From assembly GCA_947472655.1 (NCBI GenBank), contig CANJCG010000002.1, positions 1 through 38,181 of the forward strand: DNA of 38,181 nt. The letters run 5' to 3'. The DNA comes from Actinomycetota bacterium. Its GTDB lineage: Bacteria; Actinomycetota; Actinomycetes; S36-B12. Each line of letters starts with the position of its first letter. Position 1 is the first letter of the stretch. Shown in pieces: positions 17,643 to 25,001 of the stretch. Position numbers and translations under genes: made by a program. Below the pieces are notes generated by a model. That model did no database searches and was not told the DNA's origin. It saw nothing but the letters and a program-made list of their open reading frames with translations.

Positions 17643-17706
17643 TGTTCCTTAGCCACACTAGACATATCTTGGCGCGGGTAGCCGTTGAGTGTGCGGGTGT
17701 CGCGAT

Positions 17707-17746
17707 AAAAAACACCCGCAACGCTGAAGCGCTGCGGGTGTTTTTT
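17707..17746 (-). terminator. bidirectional rho-independent terminator downstream of sodN
   Basis: AAAAAA-CACCCGCA(A)CGC-TGAA-GCG(C)TGCGGGTG-TTTTTT. GC-rich stem spanning 17713-17740, flanked by an A6 tract and a T6 tract. Lies 10 nt past the sodN stop. Confidence 0.85.
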
Positions 17747-17755
17747 ATGAATGAG

Positions 17756-18157
17756 TTACACAGCTTTGGTCTCCCAGAAGATCACTGCGATTTCATCAAT
17801 CTTTGCAAGCAATTGATCGGCAACAGCAACATCGACAGTGCCTTTAGTGCCACCGGCACCAGCGAGCTTGGTTGCCTGGTTGAACAAGTCGTTGAGCTGC
17901 GGGTACTTCTCGAAGTGAGGAGCTTTGAAGTAGTCAGTCCAGAGCACCCAGAGGTGCTCCTTGACCATCGTGGATCGTGTTTCTTTGATGGAGACAGCGC
18001 GAGCCTTGAAATCAGAATCCTCTGAGCCGTGGTACTTCTGCATACAAGCCTTAACCGACTCAGCTTCGAGTCGAGCTTGGGATGGGTCGTAAATACCGCA
18101 TGGCAAATCGCAGTGTGCGTAAGCCACGTGACGAGGGGTAAACAAACGAGTCAACAT
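17756..18157 (-). CDS. sodN: nickel-containing superoxide dismutase precursor
   Basis: 133 aa. A 14-aa propeptide (MLTRLFTPRHVAYA) followed by the Ni-hook HCDLPCGIYDP. The rest is collinear with Streptomyces SodN (..LWTDYFKAPHFEKYP..IFWETK). Confidence 0.95.
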   Translation of the reverse strand: MLTRLFTPRHVAYAHCDLPCGIYDPSQARLEAESVKACMQKYHGSEDSDFKARAVSIKETRSTMVKEHLWVLWTDYFKAPHFEKYPQLNDLFNQATKLAGAGGTKGTVDVAVADQLLAKIDEIAVIFWETKAV

Positions 18158-18229
18158 GAAGCATCCCTTTCGCTGGAGATTTGAGTCAAGCCTAGTCCGG
18201 ACCTCGCCTCAGGGATACGCAAGGATGGT

Positions 18230-18538
18230 GTGGTGTGGGCAATCACGTCTGTGGCGGTGGCAGGTAACTCGATGGAACCAACCTTGAAATCAGGGGACTG
18301 GTGGCTCGTGCATAAGACCCAGGAGGTCAAGCCTGGGCAGATAGTGGCGTTTTGGGAGCCAGACCGCATTGACCTCCTAGCAGTTAAACGGGTTGATCAC
18401 GAGGTCGCGGGTTCTTGGTGGATGTTGGGCGATAACCCGCACGCGAGTATCGATAGTCGCTCCTTTGGACCAGTGCATCCAGGGAAAATCGTTGGACGGC
18501 TTCTTTTCAGGTTCCGTCCGATGTTCCGTAAGTCATAG
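18230..18538 (+). CDS. sodX: Ni-SOD maturation protease (S26 signal-peptidase-like SodX)
   Basis: 102 aa. GNSMEPTLKSGDW (catalytic Ser) and VKRV (Lys). Divergent from sodN, which is the usual arrangement. Confidence 0.85.
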   Translation: MVWAITSVAVAGNSMEPTLKSGDWWLVHKTQEVKPGQIVAFWEPDRIDLLAVKRVDHEVAGSWWMLGDNPHASIDSRSFGPVHPGKIVGRLLFRFRPMFRKS

Positions 18539-18582
18539 TCGTAACACCGGTGCGCCACCCTTGGCACAGCTAGGCTCACATC

Positions 18583-19554
18583 ATGTTCGCTGTCTATGCA
18601 TCCGGCATCAATGCCGACGATCCATTGTCCGTACTTTCGCTTGGTGAAATTGAGCCATTGCCGACGCCGCAGGACTGGGTCACGGTAAATGTTAAAGCCG
18701 TGAGCCTGAATCACCACGACCTGTGGGCGCTTCGAGGCCAGGCGTTGACGGCTGACCAAGCGCCGATGATTCTGGGTACTGATGCCGCTGGAATCACTGA
18801 TGATGGCCGCGAAGTCATCGTGCACGGTGTGATCGGTGACCCCAGCAAGGGTCGGGGCGATGAGACCTTGGATCCCAAGCGTTCACTTCTCAGCGAGGTG
18901 TACTCAGGCGCGATGGCAGCACAGGTTCGGGTTCCCTCGCGAAACTTGATTGAGAAGCCGGCCGCGCTCAGTTTTGAAGAAGCTGCCTGCCTACCAACAG
19001 CTTGGCTCACGGCTTACCGCATGCTGGTCACTAAGTCCGGCGCTCAAGCTGGAGATCTTGTCTTAGTGCAGGGCGCAGCCGGTGGCGTTGCCTCCGCGGC
19101 CATCGTGTTGGCGAAAGCGCTTGGGCTACGTGTTTGGGCGACATCGCGCGACGAAGCAAAGCGTGAGTGGGCGAAGGCTCTTGGTGCTGACGAGGTCTTT
19201 GAGAGTGGCGCGCGCCTTCCGGGCAAGGTTGATGCAGTGATTGATTCTGTGGGCGAAGCAACCTGGTCGCATTCTCTTCGGGCACTTCGTCCCGGTGGAA
19301 CGATCGTTACGTGCGGTGCGACCTCTGGTGGTGCTGCCAATGCAGACCTCAACCGGGTCTTTTTCCTTCAGCTCAATATTGAAGGATCCACGATGGGCAC
19401 AGCCGATGAATTTCGTGGCCTTCTAGACCTTCTCATCACGTCGGGTGCACGCCCCGTTATTGATCGGGTCATTCCGATCACCTCCGCACCTGAAGCCTTC
19501 GCTGCGATGAACTCTGGCGAATTGCGCGGCAAAATTGTGATGACGCTGAGCTAG
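18583..19554 (+). CDS. zinc-type alcohol dehydrogenase / NADPH:quinone oxidoreductase-like MDR protein
   Basis: 323 aa. GroES-like N-terminal domain, Rossmann VQGAAGGVASAAIVLAKALG. No structural-zinc Cys cluster. Confidence 0.8.
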   Translation: MFAVYASGINADDPLSVLSLGEIEPLPTPQDWVTVNVKAVSLNHHDLWALRGQALTADQAPMILGTDAAGITDDGREVIVHGVIGDPSKGRGDETLDPKRSLLSEVYSGAMAAQVRVPSRNLIEKPAALSFEEAACLPTAWLTAYRMLVTKSGAQAGDLVLVQGAAGGVASAAIVLAKALGLRVWATSRDEAKREWAKALGADEVFESGARLPGKVDAVIDSVGEATWSHSLRALRPGGTIVTCGATSGGAANADLNRVFFLQLNIEGSTMGTADEFRGLLDLLITSGARPVIDRVIPITSAPEAFAAMNSGELRGKIVMTLS

Positions 19555-19730
19555 TCGTCTTCGTCTTCGTCGACGCGCGCCAGCCAAGTCGCCAATCGCT
19601 CAATTGGGGTTTCGAACTCTGGGTTGAGATCAACGAATTCACGCAGACGTTGTGCGAGCCAGTCGATGCTCATCTCTTCTTCTCCGCGGCGTCGTTCAAG
19701 TTCTTCGATTCCGCGATCAGTGAAATACAT
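19551..19730 (-). CDS. small acidic conserved protein (59 aa; DUF6104-like), not in the ORF track
   Basis: My own translation: MYFTDRGIEELERRRGEEEMSIDWLAQRLREFVDLNPEFETPIERLATWLARVDEDEDD. The ATG lies 3 nt after the kgd TAA, with GGAG 7 nt upstream. The stop shares the tetranucleotide CTAG with the convergent MDR gene. At 59 aa it is just below the track cutoff. I recall near-identical small proteins annotated DUF6104 in Micrococcales, but this is unverified. Confidence 0.7.
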   Translation of the reverse strand: MYFTDRGIEELERRRGEEEMSIDWLAQRLREFVDLNPEFETPIERLATWLARVDEDEDD

Positions 19731-19733
19731 CCA

Positions 19734-22700
19734 TTAACTCCGCGGTTCGAATGCCTGTTCAACCAAGGCGCGTTGTTCGTCTTCATGTCGAGCATGAGTT
19801 CCCACTGCTGGAGCTGATGACGCAGCACGAGTGACGCCCTTGATTGGCCGTTTGAGAATTTCAGGCAAGTTCATCGCCATAAAACTCCAAGCTCCCTGGT
19901 TTGCAGGTTCTTCTTGAACCCACCGCAACTCGGCATTTTCCATGCCTTGCAAAGCAAGTGGCAAGGTCTTTGTGGCGATCGGATAGAGGCGTTCCATTCG
20001 TACGATGGCCACATCCTTGACCCCAGTCTTTTCACGATGTGCAACAAGGTCGTAGTAGACCTTCCCGCTGCAGAGCAGCACAGTCTTGACGTCGGCACGG
20101 TTAACAGTCTCATCTGCTATCACGGCTCGGAACGTTCCCGACGTAAAGTCAGCCTTGCTTGATGCCGCTGCTTTTGAGCGCAGCAAAGACTTTGGGGTGA
20201 ACACCACGAGTGGACGTGTGAGTGTTCCGTACACCTTCCAACGCAATAAGTGGAAGTAGGAAGCTGGGGTCGAAGGTGTGGCCACCGTCATGTTGTCTTG
20301 AGCGCACAGTTGGAGAAAACGCTCAATGCGAGCCGATGAGTGATCGGGTCCTTGTCCTTCGTAGCCGTGTGGCAACAGGAGGGTCACAGCTGATCGCTGG
20401 CCCCATTTTTGCTCACCCGAAGCGATGTACTCGTCAATGACAGTTTGAGCACCGTTGGCAAAGTCGCCAAATTGCGCTTCCCACATCACCAAAGCATCGG
20501 GACGCGCAACGGAGTAGCCGTATTCGAAGCCCATTGCTGCGTATTCACTGAGTAACGAGTCATAGATCGACAGTTTTGCTCCATCGCGGTAACACTGCTT
20601 CAGTGGCTTGTATTGCCAGCCGGTATTGCTATCAACAATGACACCATGGCGATGACCGAAGGTGCCGCGGCGAGAGTCCTGACCAGCAAGGCGAATGGTT
20701 TGCCCCTCGAGTAACAGTGAACCGAAAGCTAAAGCTTCACCCATGCCCCAATCGATTTCATCTGCGGCAACCATTTGCTCCCGGCGAGCCAACTGTGGTT
20801 GCAAGCGGGGATGGACAGCGAAGTCAGGGGGCATGTGTAGCTGTGAGGCGATGACGATGTCGATTTGTTCTTGAGTGATTGAAGTATCAACTTCGTATGC
20901 AGGACGCTGACGGGTTAGTTCGCGGCTCCCTGATTCAACGATATCTTGTGCGATATCACTGAACGCTTGTTCAGGGGAAACTTTCGTCTCTTGGAAGATT
21001 CGTTCAAGCTGCGCCTGGAAATGCTTGAGTGCCTCATCGGCCTCTTCCAAAGTGATATCACCTCGACCGATCAATGCATCGGTGTAGTGCTTGCGCACTG
21101 ACCGCTTGTTGTCGATGATCTTGTACATCAACGGCTGGGTGAGTGACGGGTCATCACCTTCGTTGTGGCCTCTGCGGCGATAGCAAACCAAGTCAATGAC
21201 GACGTCCTTGTGGAACTTCATCCGAAACGCATAGGCCAATTGCGCGACTCTGACTACTGCTTCAGGGTCATCTCCGTTGACGTGAAAGATCGGTGCTTGG
21301 ATTGTGAGCGCTACGTCTGTTGAGTAAACCGATGATTTGCTATAGCGCGGGCTCGTGGTGAAACCGACCTGATTGTTGACAACGATGTGGATAGTGCCTT
21401 CAGTACGGTAACCCTGAATCTGCGACATCTGAAGTGTCTCTAAAACAACTCCTTGACCAGCGAATGCAGCATCGCCATGCATCAGGATTGGCAGGATTCG
21501 ATCACGATCCTCATTTGGAAGAAGATCCTGCTTGGCGCGCACGATTCCTTCGAGCACTGGATTAACAGCCTCGAGATGCGAAGGGTTAGCAGCGAGATAA
21601 ACATTTGTTGTTGCACCAGTTGGCGCAATGAATACACCTGTGGTTCCAAGGTGGTACTTCACATCACCCGAGCCTTGAACCATTTCTGGCCCGAAGTCAC
21701 CTTCAAATTCACGGAAAATCTGCGCATAAGACTTACCAGCGATATTGGTGAGCACATTGAGTCGACCACGGTGTGGCATGCCGATCGCTACTTCTTGCAA
21801 CGAATCATGCGCCGCGTCAATCAAGATGGCATCGAGCAGCGGAATGAGTGAGTCGCCACCTTCAAGGCTGAAACGCTTTTGACCGACGAACTTTGTTTGC
21901 AAGAATGATTCAAGTGCGTCTGCTTCATTCAGCTTGCGCAGGATGCGTAATTGCTCTTCACGCACTGGACGTACGAATGCAGTTTCTACCTGATCCTGAA
22001 TCCACTTACGCTGATCTGGTTCTTGGATGTGCATGTATTCGATACCGATGGTGCGGGTGTATGAGTCGCGAAGCACGTTCAAGATCTCGCGGAACTTCAT
22101 CAACTGCTGGCCACCAAAGCCACCAGTTGGGAAAATGCGATCGAGATCCCAAAGGGTCAAGCTGTGTGCCATCGTGTCGAGATCGGGATGTGCAGGTTGA
22201 CGAGTTTCTAGAGGGTCCGTATCGGCAAGAAGATGACCTCGCACGCGGTAGGCATTGATAATTTCTTGTACGCGTGTTGCTTTACTGAGATCGGTTTCAT
22301 GGTTAGCAGAAATGTCCTGCGCCCAACGAATTGGTTCATAAGGAATGCGCATTGAACGGAAGATTTCGTCGTAGAAGCTATCCTTGCCAAGAAGCAATTC
22401 ATGAATGCGACGAAGGAATTCACCTGACTGTGCACCCTGAATGATGCGGTGGTCATATGTTGAGGTCAGCGTAAGAATTCGAGAAACTGCATTGCGTGCG
22501 ATGGATTCATCGGATGCACCTTCCCATTCGGCTGGATAGTTCAAAGAACCAACGCCAATGATGCAACCTTGCCCAGTCATTAAACGGGGAACTGAGAGAT
22601 TCGTGCCTAGGCCACCAGGGTTCGTAAGCGACATCGTGGTTCCAGCAAAGTCGTCGACCGTCAACTTGTTATTGCGAGCCTTACGAACGGTGTCTTCGTA

Positions 22701-23435
22701 GGAGGCCAAGAATTGGGCGAAGTCCATATCTTGAGCGCTTTTAATGCTTGGTACAAGTAGTTGGCGGGTGCCGTCTGGCTTACTCAAGTCAATCGCGAGT
22801 CCTAGATTGACTTGATCAGTTGACACGAGTGCAGGCTTGCCATCGACCTCGGTGTAGCGGCCATTCATTTCCGGCATTTCGCTTGCCGCGCGAATAATGG
22901 CAAAACCGATGAGGTGAGTAAATGAAACTTTGCCACCGCGAGTACGTGCCAGATGGCTGTTAATGATGGTTCGGTTATCTTCCAAGAGTCGAGCTGGAAT
23001 AGCTCGGACGCTGGTTGCGGTGGGAACGGTCAGACTGGTCTCCATGTTGGTGACAACGCGAGCAGCAGCCCCCCGAAGAACGACTGCTTCGGCATCGGCC
23101 GGCTTTGGCGCAGCAGCAGGAGTCGCGATGGGGACCGGCGCGTGAACATTGGAGGCAGAAACAGAGCTAGGAACCACTGCCGCGGGGGTAGGCGCTGGAG
23201 TTATTGGCGTTGATGTCTCTTGCGCTGCTGATTGTGAGAGCTGTGTACTTTCTTGCGTGCGACTTTGAATCTGGGACGCAGCCGAGGGGGAGTAGTCAGC
23301 AAAGAAGTCCCACCAGTGCGGATCAACCTTGTTCTTATCCTGCTTATATAAGTCGTACAACTCATCGACGAGCCATTCGTTTGCACCGAATGGGTCCATG
23401 GATTCCGTGGCCACTGCCGATCCTCTCGCACCCAA
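19734..23435 (-). CDS. kgd: multifunctional 2-oxoglutarate metabolism enzyme (E1o fused to an E2-like acyltransferase domain; Kgd/OdhA/SucA)
   Basis: 1233 aa. N-terminal FGANEWLVDELY, Pro/Ala linker, E2-like catalytic core (..STYDHRIIQGAQSGEFL), ThDP-dependent E1o (GDAAFAGQGVV, transketolase-like C-terminal part). The start may be one of the downstream in-frame codons (VATESMDPF / MDPF). Confidence 0.95.
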   Translation of the reverse strand: MGARGSAVATESMDPFGANEWLVDELYDLYKQDKNKVDPHWWDFFADYSPSAASQIQSRTQESTQLSQSAAQETSTPITPAPTPAAVVPSSVSASNVHAPVPIATPAAAPKPADAEAVVLRGAAARVVTNMETSLTVPTATSVRAIPARLLEDNRTIINSHLARTRGGKVSFTHLIGFAIIRAASEMPEMNGRYTEVDGKPALVSTDQVNLGLAIDLSKPDGTRQLLVPSIKSAQDMDFAQFLASYEDTVRKARNNKLTVDDFAGTTMSLTNPGGLGTNLSVPRLMTGQGCIIGVGSLNYPAEWEGASDESIARNAVSRILTLTSTYDHRIIQGAQSGEFLRRIHELLLGKDSFYDEIFRSMRIPYEPIRWAQDISANHETDLSKATRVQEIINAYRVRGHLLADTDPLETRQPAHPDLDTMAHSLTLWDLDRIFPTGGFGGQQLMKFREILNVLRDSYTRTIGIEYMHIQEPDQRKWIQDQVETAFVRPVREEQLRILRKLNEADALESFLQTKFVGQKRFSLEGGDSLIPLLDAILIDAAHDSLQEVAIGMPHRGRLNVLTNIAGKSYAQIFREFEGDFGPEMVQGSGDVKYHLGTTGVFIAPTGATTNVYLAANPSHLEAVNPVLEGIVRAKQDLLPNEDRDRILPILMHGDAAFAGQGVVLETLQMSQIQGYRTEGTIHIVVNNQVGFTTSPRYSKSSVYSTDVALTIQAPIFHVNGDDPEAVVRVAQLAYAFRMKFHKDVVIDLVCYRRRGHNEGDDPSLTQPLMYKIIDNKRSVRKHYTDALIGRGDITLEEADEALKHFQAQLERIFQETKVSPEQAFSDIAQDIVESGSRELTRQRPAYEVDTSITQEQIDIVIASQLHMPPDFAVHPRLQPQLARREQMVAADEIDWGMGEALAFGSLLLEGQTIRLAGQDSRRGTFGHRHGVIVDSNTGWQYKPLKQCYRDGAKLSIYDSLLSEYAAMGFEYGYSVARPDALVMWEAQFGDFANGAQTVIDEYIASGEQKWGQRSAVTLLLPHGYEGQGPDHSSARIERFLQLCAQDNMTVATPSTPASYFHLLRWKVYGTLTRPLVVFTPKSLLRSKAAASSKADFTSGTFRAVIADETVNRADVKTVLLCSGKVYYDLVAHREKTGVKDVAIVRMERLYPIATKTLPLALQGMENAELRWVQEEPANQGAWSFMAMNLPEILKRPIKGVTRAASSAPAVGTHARHEDEQRALVEQAFEPRS

Positions 23436-23593
23436 GGGTGCACATGCCTAGTAAGCGAAGCGCCGTTCCTGGTCTAGCTGCGCCCAACTAACAGTAGTCG
23501 CTTGAGTGGGGCCTGCCCAGATTTGGACAGGGTGGCTCTCGTCTCAATTGCGACCAGTTTGGCTCTGGGGGTGAGTCGATTTAGAGTTAACCA

Positions 23594-24976
23594 GTGATTT
23601 CCCCACACCTTCGTCGACTCAGTGCCGCTTTTGGCATTTGTGTTGGCATTTGTGTTGGCTTGGTTGGCATTGTCGGACCTGCTCTGGCACAGGCTCCATA
23701 CCCAGATCCACCAAATATCGCTGGAGTAACTTCAGCTGCGAGTGGTTCGCTACAAATCGCATATGTATTGCCTACGAGTACCTTTAGCTACCCGGTGACC
23801 GAAGTACAGGTCACGACAAATGGTGCAAACACTTGGTCAAGTTGTGGCACGGTGGATGGGCTATGCGTGGTGGGTGGTCTCACCAATGGACTGCGTTATG
23901 TGGTTGCGCTTCGTTCAGTGAACTCAGCTGGCCCCAGCCAGTCCAGTGTGAATGGGTCGGGAGTGCCCAAGATTCCGACGGCTCAAAATACCGACAAAAT
24001 CACAAATTTACCGAGATCTCGGGTAACGGTGACGGCTGCTTTCAATGCTGCGAGCAATAATTTGGGTGTCAATGCTGCGGTGACCCGTGTAGGAGTGGGC
24101 ACCCTTCCAGAACTTAAATTCAGTCGAGATATTCCGAATAAGGCAGTAGTAGAACGGCATCTCACCGTGTCGGCAACGTCGGATGCAACGGGTGAAACTC
24201 AAATCGTTCCCGGACGATGGGCTTGGCAAGATGCAAGAACAATCATTTATCGACCCACAAGCTGGTGGCCAGGTCGTTCCACCATCAACATAACCTCCGA
24301 TTTGGATTCAACGAACCTAGGACTTTCGGGTGGGTCGACCCTCGTAGGTGGAACGACCCTTGGCACGATCTATAGCTTCAAGACTGCTCGCGCGCTCGTT
24401 GGTCGCGTTGATGGAATTTCAGATGTTATGAATGTCTATATCGATAATAAAAAAGTGAAGGCATTCAAGGTTTCCCTTGGGGGGCCTAACTGGCGTACCC
24501 GCAATGGCGTGAAAGTTATCAACTATCAGAAGGAACCGGCAAAGACATATACAAGTGTGGCTCTTGGCTTGACTGCACCAGAAGATCAGTACAGCCTCGA
24601 TGCAAAGTGGAATACCCGATTAACTCCCTCGGGAGAGTTCATGCATGCAGCCCCTTGGGCTACGAGCCGGCTAGGCCGCTACAACGGTTCACACGGTTGT
24701 ACCAATATGCATGAAATAGACGCCAAGTGGATTTTTGATAACACCATCCCGGGTGATGTATTTATCTACACAAACACCTTGGGTGAGACAGCTCAGCCTG
24801 GCAATGGATCAGGTGGACTTTGGAATATTCCTTGGGCAAGCTGGGTGCGCAAATCGGCGCTAGGTGGGCTGCCATTGGTGCCGTCGAGTCCGACACCATC
24901 AATCTCGCCGACGCCTACGCCAACCTCGTCAGGCTCGGTCGTTCCTAGTTCAAGTCCCACAACTTTGAACACCTGA
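23594..24976 (+). CDS. secreted L,D-transpeptidase with an N-terminal fibronectin-III-like domain and a Pro/Ser/Thr tail
   Basis: 460 aa. Signal peptide (..GIVGPALAQA). FN3-like segment (..LRYVVALRSVNSAGPS). Ig-like Ldt domain. YkuD catalytic motif MHAAPW...YNGSHGCTNMH. C-terminal PSSPTPSISPTPTPTSSGS. Confidence 0.88.
   Translation: MISPHLRRLSAAFGICVGICVGLVGIVGPALAQAPYPDPPNIAGVTSAASGSLQIAYVLPTSTFSYPVTEVQVTTNGANTWSSCGTVDGLCVVGGLTNGLRYVVALRSVNSAGPSQSSVNGSGVPKIPTAQNTDKITNLPRSRVTVTAAFNAASNNLGVNAAVTRVGVGTLPELKFSRDIPNKAVVERHLTVSATSDATGETQIVPGRWAWQDARTIIYRPTSWWPGRSTINITSDLDSTNLGLSGGSTLVGGTTLGTIYSFKTARALVGRVDGISDVMNVYIDNKKVKAFKVSLGGPNWRTRNGVKVINYQKEPAKTYTSVALGLTAPEDQYSLDAKWNTRLTPSGEFMHAAPWATSRLGRYNGSHGCTNMHEIDAKWIFDNTIPGDVFIYTNTLGETAQPGNGSGGLWNIPWASWVRKSALGGLPLVPSSPTPSISPTPTPTSSGSVVPSSSPTTLNT
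23633..23659 (+). repeat. 12-bp tandem duplication (GGCATTTGTGTT x2 plus a partial third unit) inside the Ldt signal peptide
   Basis: Read directly. It encodes FGICVGICVG within the hydrophobic core of the signal peptide. Confidence 0.8.
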
Positions 24977-25001
24977 CCTGAACTACTGGCAAGATTGGCC
25001 C

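Noticed and set aside
19612-19627. LexA/Cheo-box-like TCGAAC-N4-GGTTGA
   Set aside because: The right half matches only 4/6 of GTTCGA, and the site lies inside the small-ORF coding sequence. No convincing SOS box precedes the SRAP gene either.
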